A stretch of 64,000 nt of DNA from Thermodesulfobacteriota bacterium. GTDB taxonomy: Bacteria > Desulfobacterota_D > UBA1144 > Nemesobacterales > Mycalebacteriaceae. Of this stretch, positions 25,920-37,950 are shown piece by piece; the first letter of the stretch is position 1; every line of letters begins with the position of its first letter. The DNA lies in contig OZ245366.1 in assembly GCA_965226585.1 (NCBI GenBank), forward strand, positions 512,001-576,000, in the 5' to 3' direction. The notes beneath the pieces were generated by a model. The model saw only the letters and a program-made list of their open reading frames with translations. It searched no databases and had not been told where the DNA came from. The translations under genes were made by a program, and so were the position numbers.

Positions 25920-28861
25920 ATCTTTTTTCTTACATAGAAAGTGCGCACGGTTTCAAGGTCGCTTGTGTCTTTCGCGGTTATTTTCATCTCGTTTATTCCG
26001 TCTTCAAGCGGAACGGTGAAACTGAAACTGCGCTCTTTTTCCCTGGAATTAATTATGTGTATTTTGTCGTCATTGTTAAAAAACGAAATGTTGACCACCA
26101 TCTCCATGTCTTTTACCGTGCCGCTTATTTCTATCTCGTTTTTGTCCGTTACGGAAACGTGCTTGTCAATACTTATAACGGGTGAACCCTCAAACTCGTA
26201 TTTCAGCCCCGGGCGCGGTCTTCTGCTTTCAAGAGGGGATGTGAGCGCGGTTTTTATCCAGCCCGCTCTTTTTCTGCCGGTTTTTATTTTCAGCCACTCC
26301 CCGGCATTCCCCCGGACGCGATATGAGCTTCCCGCCTTTGCCAGAAAAACCGGAACAGCCCCGTCAAATCCGCCGCCCAGAATTTCCGTGTCTTCGGGAA
26401 TTTTTACCGACCCCCTTTTGCCGGAAAACTCCTCTCCTTTTTCTATGGGAACGGTTATGCCGTAAATTGCTGAAAAACCGGATTCAAAATCGTTTGCCAT
26501 AAGTTCAAATTCCGCCTCTTCGGGAATTTTATCGCCTTCCCCTTTTTCAAAATGAAACCTCATTGCCACGTCTTCCTCTTCACCGGGTTTTATTTCCCCT
26601 ATTTCTTCAATGGCTTTTTCAAGAAACAGTTTTTCACCCGATTTGTTTTTAAGGTAAAGCCCCAAATCCTCGCTGACTCCGAGCCCCGTGTTTTTTATTC
26701 TGAACAGAAGCGTGATTGTTTCATCCGCCGATATCCGTCCGTCTCCGTTTCCTTTTGAGCCGAACCTTCCGTCATCAACTATTTCGTAGTTGTAACTGAT
26801 TGCCGGCATATCCCTTTCCTCCACCGCAACCGTGAATGTTTGTGAGAAAACCTCTTTTCCCGAAGAGTCAAAAAATCTTATCACGCACTCGTCATCGCGG
26901 GCGCGGGCGTTTTTCGGGATTTTCACCCCGGATTTCCATCCGGCATTTTCGCCCGGAGAGATTTTTCCGAAAATAAACTCCCTGCCGTCAAAAAGAAAGT
27001 TTTCAGAATCGGTAACCGCCGTGAGTTTATAAACGGGATCGCCGCCGAGATTTTCAACCTTGATTTGCAGTTCCGCTTCTTCGCCCGCTTTGAATACTCT
27101 GCTCTCCGGAGATATTGTTACCTTGAGGTCGGCTTTTTTTATTTCCCCTTCCGTCTTTTTGCCGTCATCAGACCAGTCCACTTTGAATTCTTCCAGTTTT
27201 TCTTTTATCCGTCCGTTTTCCTCTTCTCTTATGCTCTCAAGAACCCGCGAGGCGGTTTGAAGCATGTCGCTTCTGTCAACGCCCTTTGATTCCGTAATTA
27301 TGCGCCGCGCCGCGAGTATAAGCGGGTCTTTTTCCCAATTCTTTCTTTTCTCTTTTTTATCCGGATTCCGGGGCAGGTCGTCATCGTCTTCATCGTATTC
27401 CCGCGTGAGGGATTCATTCAGAATTTTGAACGCGTAGGACGGAGGCTCCGGTTCGCGGTGCATTTTGTCGTCAATATAATCCTTGCGGTATTGCTCAAGC
27501 CGGAACTCAAACTCAGGCGTTTTGTATATCGCCATATCTTCAGAAAAATCCACCTCTTCAATAAATATGTCGGGGGTTATTCCAACCTTGTGTATGGATA
27601 TGTCTCCCGGTATCAGATATTTGGCTATCGTGAGTTTGAAGGCGGAGCCGTCTGAAAGTTCAACTATGTCTTGAATGGAGCCCTTGCCGAATGTTTTTGT
27701 TCCCATTGTGAGGGCTCTGTCATTTTCTTTCAGGGCTCCCGTTACAATTTCAGACGCGCTTGCCGAGCCGGAGTTTACCAGCACAACCGTTTTTTCCCGC
27801 AATTCAAAACGGCTTCGTCCGGAGGCGGGATAGGGGTTTATTTCATCGCCCTTTTTCACGCTGAAAACAGTTCCGTATTTAAGAAAAAGGTCTGATATTT
27901 CCGCCGCCTGATTAAGAAGCCCGCCGGGGTTGTCTCTGAAATCAAGAATTATTCCCGTGAGTCTCTCTTTCTTTTTTCGTTTTATCAGGGCTTCAACCGC
28001 GCTTTCCGTAGTGTTTCTCTGAAAGTTTTTAATTTTGAGATAGAGAATGCCGTCTGAAAAAAGATGCTCTTCAACGCTCTCTATTTTTATCACGTCTCTG
28101 ACTATCGTAAGCAGTTTGGGTTTTGTCAGGGAATCCCTGAGAATTCTTATGTTGACGGGCTTGCCCTTGGGACCCCTCAGTTTGCTGACCGCCTCTTCAA
28201 TGGACATATTCACGGTGGATTCGTTTTCTATCTGAACTATTTTGTCGCCCGATTTCATGCCCGCCCTGTAAGCGGGAGTGTCTTCAATTGGAGACACGAC
28301 TGTTATCCACCCTTTCCGGGAACTGATTACAATTCCGAGCCCCGTAAAACTGCCCTCGGTTTCAACCTTAAACTCTTTGTATTCCCTCGGCGGAATTATG
28401 CGCGTGTGCCTGTCCACGGCGGAAAACATTCCGTTTACCATCGCGTACTCTATGTCTCCGCCGTTTTCTTCTCCGCTGTCCGCATTTTTATGGACAAAGG
28501 AAAACGCCTGAGATGATATTTTTTCAAGGTCGTTCCACGAGCGCGGGTCTCTGTATCTGAAACTCTTTTTGTTCTGTCCGACCACCAGTTCGAATTTGCG
28601 CCCATCTTCGGGCCAGTCAACAAGAACTTCGTCTATGTTGGTTTCCAGATTGTTCAGCCCTTTTTTGAGCATTTCGGGGAAATCCGCCTCGGATTTGTAA
28701 AAGAATCTCTGCCGCGCGATTTCAAAAACCCTTGCCATGATTTTCGGAGAGGTTTTTTCCTCCGCGCCCGCGCCGGAAACCAAAAGCATTGCCGCGCAAA
28801 GATGCGCGCAGGCAAGCGCGAACACCGTCTGTTTTCTCAATCTTCTCAATACAAACCTCAT
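25916..28861 (-). CDS. S41 C-terminal processing peptidase with PDZ and long C-terminal Ig-like region (MXAN_5808-like)
   Basis: GLGI PDZ, DFRDNPGGLL, SASASEI, TFGKGSIQ, GNGDG motif in the extension. Confidence 0.88.
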   Translation of the reverse strand: MRFVLRRLRKQTVFALACAHLCAAMLLVSGAGAEEKTSPKIMARVFEIARQRFFYKSEADFPEMLKKGLNNLETNIDEVLVDWPEDGRKFELVVGQNKKSFRYRDPRSWNDLEKISSQAFSFVHKNADSGEENGGDIEYAMVNGMFSAVDRHTRIIPPREYKEFKVETEGSFTGLGIVISSRKGWITVVSPIEDTPAYRAGMKSGDKIVQIENESTVNMSIEEAVSKLRGPKGKPVNIRILRDSLTKPKLLTIVRDVIKIESVEEHLFSDGILYLKIKNFQRNTTESAVEALIKRKKKERLTGIILDFRDNPGGLLNQAAEISDLFLKYGTVFSVKKGDEINPYPASGRSRFELREKTVVLVNSGSASASEIVTGALKENDRALTMGTKTFGKGSIQDIVELSDGSAFKLTIAKYLIPGDISIHKVGITPDIFIEEVDFSEDMAIYKTPEFEFRLEQYRKDYIDDKMHREPEPPSYAFKILNESLTREYDEDDDDLPRNPDKKEKRKNWEKDPLILAARRIITESKGVDRSDMLQTASRVLESIREEENGRIKEKLEEFKVDWSDDGKKTEGEIKKADLKVTISPESRVFKAGEEAELQIKVENLGGDPVYKLTAVTDSENFLFDGREFIFGKISPGENAGWKSGVKIPKNARARDDECVIRFFDSSGKEVFSQTFTVAVEERDMPAISYNYEIVDDGRFGSKGNGDGRISADETITLLFRIKNTGLGVSEDLGLYLKNKSGEKLFLEKAIEEIGEIKPGEEEDVAMRFHFEKGEGDKIPEEAEFELMANDFESGFSAIYGITVPIEKGEEFSGKRGSVKIPEDTEILGGGFDGAVPVFLAKAGSSYRVRGNAGEWLKIKTGRKRAGWIKTALTSPLESRRPRPGLKYEFEGSPVISIDKHVSVTDKNEIEISGTVKDMEMVVNISFFNNDDKIHIINSREKERSFSFTVPLEDGINEMKITAKDTSDLETVRTFYVRKKI

Positions 28862-28917
28862 ACGGGGGAAGCCGTGTATAATATCACAATCTGTTTTTTT
28901 ATAATAGAGTTTTCCGG

Positions 28918-30096
28918 ATGGAAGTTCTTGTTCACTACGGAGATTTGTCCCTCAAGGGAAGGAACCGGGGCGACTTTGTCAGCCGCCTCGCAAACAACAT
29001 AAGACTTGCCACAGGCGGAAGATGCGAAGAGCACAGAGAGCGCATCATTTTGCGCGGCGGAGACCCTTCAAAACTGAAAGACATTTTCGGAATATCGTGG
29101 TACGCGCCCTGCTTCACCTGCGGGAAAAAAATGGATGAGATAGTTCCGCTTTGCGTAAAAGAGACGGAAAACGAGATTGCCCGGCGCGGCGGGAAGGATA
29201 AAACATTTGCCGTCTTCGCAAAACGCGCGGACAAAGACTTTCCCCTGAAATCGTCTGAAATAGAGGCGGAAGTTGGCGAGAAGATACGCCGGGGTTTCGG
29301 TCTGGAGGTCAACATAAAGTCTCCCGATTTACAGGTGCATATCAGAATAGACCGCGACACGGCGCGTCTGCATTTTGAGAGAAATCCCGGAGCCGGCGGT
29401 CTTCCGGTTGGCGTTTCCGCGCCGCTTCTCTGCCTGCTTTCGGGCGGAATAGACTCTCCGGTTGCATCATTTCTCGCCATGAAACGGGGCTGCGCGGTGG
29501 ATTTTCTCCACTTCCACGTTTTTCCCGACTCAGTTCCCGTGCGCGGCACAAAGATTGCCGACATATCCGGTGAACTGGAACGCTATCAGCCGGAGTCAAA
29601 GATGTTTCTCGCGTCCTACAAGTATTTTCAGGCGGGCGCGCTTGCGTCTTTTCCGAAGTCGGAAATATTCAGGGGTTACGAACTTGTTCTTTTCAGAAGG
29701 TTTATGCTGAAAGTGGCGGAAGGGATTTTACAAAAGCGCGGATACGGCGGCGTTGTTACGGGAGACTGCATAGGGCAGGTGGCTTCGCAGACCGTTGAAA
29801 ACATGGCTTGCGCCGCAGTCGGGCTTGACTGCCTCGTTATGAGTCCGCTTCTGGGTTTTGACAAGAACGAAATCGTGGAAACCGCCCGCCGTATCGGAAC
29901 CTACGGACACAGCACACAGCCCTACAACGAATGCTGTTCAATAGTCTCGCCGTCTCCCCGGACGCGGTGCCGCGCTTCGGTTTTACGGCGGCTTGAGGAA
30001 GATGTTTCAATGAACGCTCTTGTCGCGTCAACCCTTGAAAATATTGAGGAGTTTGCTCCCGCATCGTTACAGGAGGAGAAAAGTGAAACGGGTTAG
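28918..30096 (+). CDS. thiI: tRNA 4-thiouridine(8) synthase (no rhodanese domain)
   Basis: LKGRNR, THUMP domain, LLSGGIDSPVA, GQVASQT. Confidence 0.95.
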   Translation: MEVLVHYGDLSLKGRNRGDFVSRLANNIRLATGGRCEEHRERIILRGGDPSKLKDIFGISWYAPCFTCGKKMDEIVPLCVKETENEIARRGGKDKTFAVFAKRADKDFPLKSSEIEAEVGEKIRRGFGLEVNIKSPDLQVHIRIDRDTARLHFERNPGAGGLPVGVSAPLLCLLSGGIDSPVASFLAMKRGCAVDFLHFHVFPDSVPVRGTKIADISGELERYQPESKMFLASYKYFQAGALASFPKSEIFRGYELVLFRRFMLKVAEGILQKRGYGGVVTGDCIGQVASQTVENMACAAVGLDCLVMSPLLGFDKNEIVETARRIGTYGHSTQPYNECCSIVSPSPRTRCRASVLRRLEEDVSMNALVASTLENIEEFAPASLQEEKSETG

Positions 30097-31789
30097 GGTG
30101 GCTCTGTGCCAGATGAACTGCCGCGTGGGCGCGATAGGGCGAAATGTTTCCGCCATCAGGCGAAACACCGAAAAAGCCATCGCTTCGGGCGCAGACATCG
30201 TCTGTTTTCCCGAACTGGCGGTTTGCGGCTATCAGCCCGAAGACCTTTTGCTCAAGCCCGCGTTTATAGAGAAAAACATTCAGGGGATGAAGGAACTGAA
30301 AAAAGCCGCTTATCCCGTAACGATGGTGTTCGGTTTCGTTGAGCGCGGCGGCACAAAAAAATCGCCCTTAATCCATAACGCCGCCGCAGTTGTTTCAGGC
30401 GGGCGCGTTTCCGGAATCTACCGCAAAAACCGGCTTCCGAACTACGGCGTTTTTGACGAAAGCCGCTACTTTGAGAGCGGCAAAGACGCTCCCGTTTTTG
30501 AAGGCGGCGGCTTCAGGGCGGGGGTAACGATATGCGAAGACATCTGGTTTGCAGACGGTCCCGCCGCCGCAATGGCTGAGCGCGGGGCGGATTTGATAAT
30601 CAACCTTTCCGCCTCTCCCTACGCCATCGGCAAACCGCAGGCAAGGGAGAAAATGCTTTCAAAAAGGGCGAAATCGGCGGGCGTTCCGCTTGCCTTTTGC
30701 AATCTTGCGGGCGGACAGGACGAACTGGTTTTTGACGGGCACAGCGTCTTTCTGGACGCTCGCGGGAAGGTTACGGCGCGGGCGCGGGGCTTTGGTGAAG
30801 ACATGATATTCGGTGATTTTGAGATTCCCCGGCGGGGAAAGAAAAAACTGCAGAGCGCGGAATACAAAATAAAATCCCCGTCCGCGAAAGAAAAATCCCC
30901 CGCGCCCCCCCGTATGGAGAGGTTCACGGAAAAAGAGGATGAGATATTTTCCGCCCTTGTGCTCGGCACACGCGACTATGTGGAGAAAAACGGCTTCAAG
31001 TCCGTTGTTCTCGGTCTGTCGGGCGGGATAGATTCCGCCCTTGTGGCGGCGGTTGCCGTTGAGGCTCTGGGGGCGGAAAAGGTTGCGGCGGTCAATATGC
31101 CGTCTGTTTTCAGTTCCTCTCCGGGCATCAGGGATTCAGAAAAAGTTGCCCGCAACCTGAACATAGAACTCCTTTCCGTCCCGATACAAGACATCGTTGA
31201 CTCCTACCGCAAAAATGTGTCCGCGCCTTTCAAACTTCACTCAGGCGAGAAATCAAGCCCCGCCCTTGAAAACATACAGGCGCGGGTGAGGGGAAACATA
31301 CTTATGGCGTTTTCCAACCGCTTCGGGTGGCTTGTGCTGACAACCGGCAACAAAAGCGAACTCAGCATAGGCTACTCAACGCTCTACGGCGACACCGCCG
31401 GAGGCTTCGCGGTCATAAAAGACGTGAAGAAAACCCTTGTGTACGACCTTGCCCGCTTTTACAACCGCAAGCGCGGTTTTGACGCCATCACAAACTCCGT
31501 GATTGAAAGACCTCCGTCCGCAGAACTTAAAAGGGGGCAGCTTGACTCGGATGAACTCCCGCCCTACGAAGTTCTGGACGAGATACTGAAACACTATGTT
31601 GAGCGAGACAGGAGCGTAGCCGAAACGGTTGCCCTTTCGGGCATGGGAGTGAAAACGGTTCGCAAGGTTATAGACATGGTGGACAGGAACGAATACAAAA
31701 GAAGGCAAAGTCCGCCGGGCATCAAACTGACCGACAAGGCGTTTGGCAAAGACCGCCGCATGCCGATAACAAACCTCTACCGAAACTGA
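30083..31789 (+). CDS. nadE: Glutamine-dependent NAD+ synthetase
   Basis: FPEL, LPNYGVFDE, ICEDIW, SGGIDS, ENIQARVRG, TGNKSE; AGGAGG SD before GTG 30083. Confidence 0.96.
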   Translation: MKRVRVALCQMNCRVGAIGRNVSAIRRNTEKAIASGADIVCFPELAVCGYQPEDLLLKPAFIEKNIQGMKELKKAAYPVTMVFGFVERGGTKKSPLIHNAAAVVSGGRVSGIYRKNRLPNYGVFDESRYFESGKDAPVFEGGGFRAGVTICEDIWFADGPAAAMAERGADLIINLSASPYAIGKPQAREKMLSKRAKSAGVPLAFCNLAGGQDELVFDGHSVFLDARGKVTARARGFGEDMIFGDFEIPRRGKKKLQSAEYKIKSPSAKEKSPAPPRMERFTEKEDEIFSALVLGTRDYVEKNGFKSVVLGLSGGIDSALVAAVAVEALGAEKVAAVNMPSVFSSSPGIRDSEKVARNLNIELLSVPIQDIVDSYRKNVSAPFKLHSGEKSSPALENIQARVRGNILMAFSNRFGWLVLTTGNKSELSIGYSTLYGDTAGGFAVIKDVKKTLVYDLARFYNRKRGFDAITNSVIERPPSAELKRGQLDSDELPPYEVLDEILKHYVERDRSVAETVALSGMGVKTVRKVIDMVDRNEYKRRQSPPGIKLTDKAFGKDRRMPITNLYRN

Positions 31790-31799
31790 CTCCGTGTTT

Positions 31800-31828
31800 T
31801 TGAAATAAGGCGGGTTTTCTGTTAGCTT
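31800..31828 (+). promoter_or_regulatory. sigma70-like promoter for gltBD
   Basis: TTGAAA-N17-TAGCTT with a TG extension. Confidence 0.5.
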
Positions 31829-31877
31829 AAAACCCCTGAAATTGTAGTTGGAGTTTCCCGCGACAAAGGGGTGATTT

Positions 31878-34800
31878 ATGGGTTTTTCCTTTGAGAAACA
31901 AGGTCTTTATGACCCCTCTTTTGAGCACGATTCGTGCGGAGTGGGTTTTATTGCCAACATAAAGGGCGTAAAATCGCGCTCCATCGTGGCGGACGCCCTG
32001 ACCGTTCTTCAAAACCTTGAACACAGAGGGGCGTGCGGATGCGAGCCCGAAACCGGTGACGGCGCGGGCATTCTGATACAGATACCTCACGGGTTTTTCA
32101 GCAAGCAGTGCTCTTCCTCCGGGGCGGAGCTTCCGCCTCCGGGAGACTACGGCGTGTGCATGATGTTTGCCCCCCCGGACGAAAAAGAGAGGGAGAGCGC
32201 GCTCAAAACTTTTGAGAAGATAGTGGAAAGCGAGGGGCAGACGGTTATCCACACAAGAGCCGTGCCGACAGACAACTCTTCGCTTGGCAAAACATCAAGA
32301 GAGTCTGAGCCGTTTTCATGTCAGATGTTCATAAGGCGCGGCTCATCCACCAAGCCCGGAACGGAGTTTGAAAGGGCTCTGTTTGTCATAAGAAAACAGG
32401 CGGAAAAACAGATAAATTCCGAATGGTTCTACGTTTCAAGCATTTCTTCAAAAACCGTTGTCTACAAGGGAATGCTCACCACCGCTCAAGTGCCTCTCTA
32501 CTATCCCGACCTTGCGCACGAAAAAATGGAGAGCGCGATAGCCCTTGTGCATTCGCGTTTCAGCACAAACACCACCCCGAACTGGAGCAGGGCGCATCCG
32601 TACCGCTTTATTATCCACAACGGCGAGATAAACACCTTGCGCGGAAACACAAACTGGATGCATTCAAGACACCCGATGCTCGGGGCAGACGGCGGGGCTT
32701 TCGGCTCAGAACCGGAAAAGGTTTTCCCCCTCACAGAGCAAGACGGAAGCGACAGCGCGGCTTTTGACAACTGCCTTGAACTTCTAACCCTTTGCGGCTT
32801 TTCAATAGAGCACGCCGTTATGATGATGGTTCCCGAACCGTGGTTTAAGCACAAAGATATGGACGAAGCGGCGCGGGCGTTTTACAGGTATCACGGCTGT
32901 CTGATGGAGCCGTGGGACGGTCCCGCGTCCGTTTGCTTTACAGACGGCGAAAAGGTTGGAGCCGTGCTTGACAGAAACGGGCTTCGCCCCGGCAGGTACT
33001 ACGTTACAACCGACGACACGGTGATACTTTCCTCTGAAGTCGGCGTTCTTCCGGTCGCGCCCGAAAAGGTGGTCTCAAAAGGGCGGCTTGAGCCGGGGCG
33101 GATGCTTCTGGTTGACACTCGCGAAGGCAGAATAGTGGAAGACGGGGAAATAAAATCCGGTCTTTCAGAAGCGTTTCCCTACAAGAAATGGACTGACGAG
33201 CACATGGTTAATCTGTCTGCCGTAGGGCCCGCGCCCGCAAGGGAAAACGGGATCGCGCCCTCAGACATTCTGATTCAGCAAAAGATATTCGGATACACAT
33301 TTGAGGAGATACGGATACTGCTTGAGCCGATGGCTCTAAACGGCGTGGAGCCGGTGGGGGCGATGGGCAAAGACGTTCCGCTCGCGGTTCTTTCCGAAAG
33401 ACCCAAACTGCTCTACAACTACTTCAATCAACTCTTCGCGCAGGTTACAAACCCGCCCATAGACTCAATCAGAGAGGAGATTGTTACGGCGTCAAACATG
33501 AATCTGGGCGCGATGGGAAACCTGTTCAGCCCCGCCCCGGACAGTTGCAAAGTGATACAGATAGACAGCCCGATTTTATCAGGCGGCGAGATGGAAAAGA
33601 TTCGCAACCTTTCGGGCGGTTTCAAATCAGCCGTGCTGGAAAGTTTTTTTGACCCCGGCGGCGGCGGAAAATCGCTTGAATCAGCCCTTGAGGAGATGTT
33701 CTCAAAAGCCGATGAAGCGGTGCGGGGCGGCGCGAATGTGCTGATAATTTCAGACCGGGGAGCCGGAAAGGGAAAATGCCCCGTCCCCGCGCTTCTTGCC
33801 ACGGGCGGGCTTCACCACCACATGATACGGAGCGGAAACCGGATGAAGGCAAGCATAGTTGTTGAGTCGGGAGAGCCGAGAGAGGTTCATCACTTTGCCC
33901 TGCTTATAGGCTACGGCGCTTCGGCGGTCAACCCGTATCTGGCTTTTGAAACCCTTGCCGATATGAAACGTTCGGGCGCGCTTGCAATAGAACTTGATGA
34001 CGCTTACAAAAACTACATCACGGGAATGACAAAGGGGATAGTCAAAATAATGTCGAAAATGGGCATCTCCACCGTGCAGAGTTATCACGGGGCGCAGATT
34101 TTTGAGGCTCTTGGTCTTTCAGACGAACTTGTGGACAGATACTTCACCCGCACACAGTCGCGGATAGGCGGAATAGGCATAGATATTGTTGCCGAAGAGG
34201 CGGCGCAGAGATACGCAAAGGCGTTTCCCGAACGCGGAGATTCGTCTGCCGAACCGCTTGAAGAGGGCGGCGTTTACCAGTGGAGGCGCGAGGGCGAGGC
34301 GCATATGTACAGCCCGAAAACTGTTCACACCTTGCAGAGGGCTTGCCGCACGGGAGATTTCTCGATGTTTGAAAAGTTTTCAGAACTCGTGGGAAATGAG
34401 GAGCGCGCGCATTTCACCTTGAGGGGAATGCTTGATTTCAAGTTTCAGAAAAACCCCGTTCCGCTTGAAGAGGTGGAGCCGGAAGAGGAAATACTCAGGC
34501 GTTTCAAAACGGGCGCGATGTCTTACGGCTCCATAAGCGCGGAAGCGCACGAGAGCCTTGCCATAGCGATGAACAGAGTGGGCGGCAAAAGCAACACCGG
34601 GGAAGGCGGGGAAGACACCCGCAGGTGGACGCCCGATGAAAACGGCGACCTGCGCCGGAGCGCGATAAAACAGGTGGCTTCGGGCAGATTCGGTGTTACG
34701 GGCGAGTATCTTGCCAACTCCGATGAGATACAGATAAAAATGGCGCAGGGCGCGAAGCCCGGCGAGGGCGGACAGCTTCCGGGCAAAAAGGTGTACCCGT

Positions 34801-36458
34801 GGATAGCCAAAGTGCGTCTTTCCACTCCCGGAGTGGGTCTAATATCACCGCCGCCTCACCACGACATCTACTCCATTGAAGACCTCGCGGAATTGATATA
34901 CGACCTTAAAAACTCAAATCCCGCAGCGCGGGTGAACGTCAAACTCGTTTCAGAGGCGGGCGTGGGAACCATCGCGGCGGGTGTTGCCAAAGGGCACGCC
35001 GATGTGATTCTGGTAAGCGGAAATGACGGCGGCACGGGCGCGTCTCCCCAGAACAGCATTCAATACGCCGGGCTTCCGTGGGAACTCGGCGTTAGCGAAA
35101 CGCACCAGACCCTTCTTCTGAACAACCTCAGAAGCCGCGTGGTTCTTGAGACGGACGGGCATATGAAAACCGGCAGAGACGTTGCCATCGCCGCGCTTCT
35201 GGGAGCCGAGGAATACGGGTTTTCAACCTCTCCGCTTATCGCGCTCGGCTGTATAATGATGAGGGTTTGCCATCTGGACACCTGCCCCGTAGGCGTGGCG
35301 ACACAAAACCCCTCACTCCGCGAAAAATTCACCGGAGACCCCGCCCATGTGGTCAACTTCATGCGTTTTGTCGCCCGCCAGATGCGGCAGATTATGGCAC
35401 AGCTGGGCTTCCGCACGATGAATGAAATGATAGGCAGAACAGACAAACTGAAAGCCGTAAAGCCCGAAGGGCACTGGAAGGCGGCGGATATTAATCTGGA
35501 CGCGATACTGCACCGCCCTGATGTTCCCGCAAACTACGGAACCTACTGTCAGATTAAACAGGATCACGGCATAGGCGAGAGTCTTGACATGACAAAACTG
35601 CTGAAAATCTGCGCTCCGGCGATAGAAAGGCGCGAAAAGGTTGAGGCGTCTGTCGCCATAAAAAACACAGACCGCACGGCGGGCACGATAGTTGGCAATA
35701 AAATATCATCCGCCTACGGATCTTCTTCTCTTGATGACGACACCGTTACGCTAAAATTCAGCGGCTCTGCGGGGCAGAGTTTCGCGGCTTTTGTTCCGAA
35801 AGGGATGACCATGCTTCTTGAAGGTGATTCAAACGACTACATCGGCAAAGGGCTTTCGGGTGGAAAGGTGGCGGTTTTTCCGCCGAAGCAGTCAACCTTT
35901 GCGGCTGAAGAAAACGTGATAACCGGCAACGTGGCTTTCTACGGGGCGACTGCGGGCGAGGCGTACATACGCGGGGCGGCTGGAGAGCGTTTTTGCGTGA
36001 GAAACAGCGGTGTGGACGCCGTTGTTGAAGGCGTGGGAGACCATGCGTGCGAGTACATGACCGGAGGCCGTGTGGCGGTTCTCGGCTCTGCGGGCAGGAA
36101 CTTCGCGGCGGGAATGTCGGGCGGGGTGGCTTATGTTTTTGACGAAAGCGGGGATTTTGAGGAGAAAAAGTGCAACACTCAGGTGGTTTCCGTCTCATCT
36201 GTTCCGCCCGAAGACGGCAAGTCTCTCAAAACGATGATTATGCGCCATCTCCAGTACACCGGAAGCACAGTTGCCGAAAGGATTTTGAGCGACTGGGAGG
36301 CGTCTTTGAGCAGGTTCGTCAAGGTAACGCCCAACGACTACAAAAGGATGCTTGACTCCATCAAAAGAGTGGAAGACAGGGGTCTCAGCGGAGAGGAGGC
36401 GCTTATGGCGGCGTTTGAGGAAAACATCAAAGATGCGTCCCGCGTAAGCGGCAATTAG
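31878..36458 (+). CDS. gltB: Glutamate synthase large subunit
   Basis: [46 protein letters not shown]. Confidence 0.98.
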   Translation: MGFSFEKQGLYDPSFEHDSCGVGFIANIKGVKSRSIVADALTVLQNLEHRGACGCEPETGDGAGILIQIPHGFFSKQCSSSGAELPPPGDYGVCMMFAPPDEKERESALKTFEKIVESEGQTVIHTRAVPTDNSSLGKTSRESEPFSCQMFIRRGSSTKPGTEFERALFVIRKQAEKQINSEWFYVSSISSKTVVYKGMLTTAQVPLYYPDLAHEKMESAIALVHSRFSTNTTPNWSRAHPYRFIIHNGEINTLRGNTNWMHSRHPMLGADGGAFGSEPEKVFPLTEQDGSDSAAFDNCLELLTLCGFSIEHAVMMMVPEPWFKHKDMDEAARAFYRYHGCLMEPWDGPASVCFTDGEKVGAVLDRNGLRPGRYYVTTDDTVILSSEVGVLPVAPEKVVSKGRLEPGRMLLVDTREGRIVEDGEIKSGLSEAFPYKKWTDEHMVNLSAVGPAPARENGIAPSDILIQQKIFGYTFEEIRILLEPMALNGVEPVGAMGKDVPLAVLSERPKLLYNYFNQLFAQVTNPPIDSIREEIVTASNMNLGAMGNLFSPAPDSCKVIQIDSPILSGGEMEKIRNLSGGFKSAVLESFFDPGGGGKSLESALEEMFSKADEAVRGGANVLIISDRGAGKGKCPVPALLATGGLHHHMIRSGNRMKASIVVESGEPREVHHFALLIGYGASAVNPYLAFETLADMKRSGALAIELDDAYKNYITGMTKGIVKIMSKMGISTVQSYHGAQIFEALGLSDELVDRYFTRTQSRIGGIGIDIVAEEAAQRYAKAFPERGDSSAEPLEEGGVYQWRREGEAHMYSPKTVHTLQRACRTGDFSMFEKFSELVGNEERAHFTLRGMLDFKFQKNPVPLEEVEPEEEILRRFKTGAMSYGSISAEAHESLAIAMNRVGGKSNTGEGGEDTRRWTPDENGDLRRSAIKQVASGRFGVTGEYLANSDEIQIKMAQGAKPGEGGQLPGKKVYPWIAKVRLSTPGVGLISPPPHHDIYSIEDLAELIYDLKNSNPAARVNVKLVSEAGVGTIAAGVAKGHADVILVSGNDGGTGASPQNSIQYAGLPWELGVSETHQTLLLNNLRSRVVLETDGHMKTGRDVAIAALLGAEEYGFSTSPLIALGCIMMRVCHLDTCPVGVATQNPSLREKFTGDPAHVVNFMRFVARQMRQIMAQLGFRTMNEMIGRTDKLKAVKPEGHWKAADINLDAILHRPDVPANYGTYCQIKQDHGIGESLDMTKLLKICAPAIERREKVEASVAIKNTDRTAGTIVGNKISSAYGSSSLDDDTVTLKFSGSAGQSFAAFVPKGMTMLLEGDSNDYIGKGLSGGKVAVFPPKQSTFAAEENVITGNVAFYGATAGEAYIRGAAGERFCVRNSGVDAVVEGVGDHACEYMTGGRVAVLGSAGRNFAAGMSGGVAYVFDESGDFEEKKCNTQVVSVSSVPPEDGKSLKTMIMRHLQYTGSTVAERILSDWEASLSRFVKVTPNDYKRMLDSIKRVEDRGLSGEEALMAAFEENIKDASRVSGN

Positions 36459-36466
36459 GAGAAACA

Positions 36467-37948
36467 ATGGGAAACCCTACAGGATTTATGCTCCACAACA
36501 GGAGAACGGGAAAAGACCGAGACCCTTCCGAAAGAGTTTCGGACTGGGATGAGTTTCACGGTCATCTTTCAGAAAAAGACCTTGGCGTTCAGGGTTCAAG
36601 ATGTATGGACTGCGGAGTGCCGTTTTGCCAGACGGGCGATATTCTCGCCGGAATGGCGACCGGGTGCCCGGTCTACAACCTGATTCCCGAATGGAACGAC
36701 CTTGTCTACAAGGGCAAATGGCGCGAGGCTCTCGGCAGGCTTCACAAAACCAACAACTTTCCGGAATTCACCGGCAGGGTTTGCCCCGCGCCGTGCGAAG
36801 GTTCCTGTGTTCTCGGCATAAACGAGCCGCCGGTAACCATCAAGGCGATAGAGTGCGCGATAGTGGACAAGGGCTTTGAGGAGGGCTGGATAGTTCCCGA
36901 ACCTCCCTCCCGCCGCACGGGTAAAAAAGTGGCGGTTGTGGGCTCCGGTCCCGCCGGGCTTGCGTGCGCGGCGCAACTGAACAAAGCCGGACACAGCGTT
37001 GTTGTCTATGAGAGAGACGACCGCATTGGCGGTCTTTTGATGTACGGGATTCCCAATCCGCACCTTGACAAAAAGGTTGTGGAAAGGCGGGTGGACATTC
37101 TCAAACGGGAAGGCGTTGAGTTTGTCGTGAGCACGGAGATTGGAAAAGACATAGAGCCTCGAGACCTTGTGAGGGATAACGATGCGGTTGTTATCTGCAG
37201 CGGGGCGACAAAGCCCAGAGACCTTGACGTTGAGGGCAGAAAATCAGAGGGCGTGTATTTCGCGATGGATTTTTTGCGGGGAAACACAAAAAAGCTTCTG
37301 GACAGCGGCTTCAAAACCGCGGGTGACATATCCGCCGAGGGCAAAGACGTTATCGTTCTGGGTGGCGGAGACACCGGAACGGACTGTGTTGCGACCTCAA
37401 TGAGGCACGGATGCAAGAGTCTTCTGCAGTTTGAGATACTTCCCATGCCTCCCGAAAAAAGGGGCGCGGAAAACCCCTGGCCCCAGTGGCCCAGAGTGTA
37501 CAAACTGGACTACGGGCAGGAAGAGGCGATGGCAAAGTTCGGCGGCGACCCGCGCAAATACCGCGTTCTCACAAAAAGCATTGAAACGGGCGGCGGCAGA
37601 GTAAAAGGGCTTAACACCGTGCGTATAGAGTGGAAACAGTCTGCGGACGGGCGTATGGAGATAGAGGAACAGCCCGGAACGGAAGAGTTTTTCCCCGCCC
37701 AGCTGGTTCTGCTCGCGCTCGGGTTTCTGGGTCCCGAACAGGGGCTGATAGACAAACTGGGCTTGGATAAAGACGACCGCTCCAACATCAACGCTCAATA
37801 CGGCAAGTATCAGACCAGTGTTGAAAAAGTGTTTGCCGCCGGAGACGCGAGAAGAGGGCAGAGTCTTGTTGTGTGGGCGATAAACGAGGGGCGCGAAGCC
37901 GCCAGAGAGTGCGACCGCTACCTTATGGGTTCAACCGAACTCCCTTGA
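36467..37948 (+). CDS. gltD: Glutamate synthase small subunit
   Basis: RCMDCGVPFC, GRVCPAPCE, GSGPAG, GGGDTG, RRGQSLVVWAI. Confidence 0.97.
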   Translation: MGNPTGFMLHNRRTGKDRDPSERVSDWDEFHGHLSEKDLGVQGSRCMDCGVPFCQTGDILAGMATGCPVYNLIPEWNDLVYKGKWREALGRLHKTNNFPEFTGRVCPAPCEGSCVLGINEPPVTIKAIECAIVDKGFEEGWIVPEPPSRRTGKKVAVVGSGPAGLACAAQLNKAGHSVVVYERDDRIGGLLMYGIPNPHLDKKVVERRVDILKREGVEFVVSTEIGKDIEPRDLVRDNDAVVICSGATKPRDLDVEGRKSEGVYFAMDFLRGNTKKLLDSGFKTAGDISAEGKDVIVLGGGDTGTDCVATSMRHGCKSLLQFEILPMPPEKRGAENPWPQWPRVYKLDYGQEEAMAKFGGDPRKYRVLTKSIETGGGRVKGLNTVRIEWKQSADGRMEIEEQPGTEEFFPAQLVLLALGFLGPEQGLIDKLGLDKDDRSNINAQYGKYQTSVEKVFAAGDARRGQSLVVWAINEGREAARECDRYLMGSTELP

Positions 37949-37950
37949 CT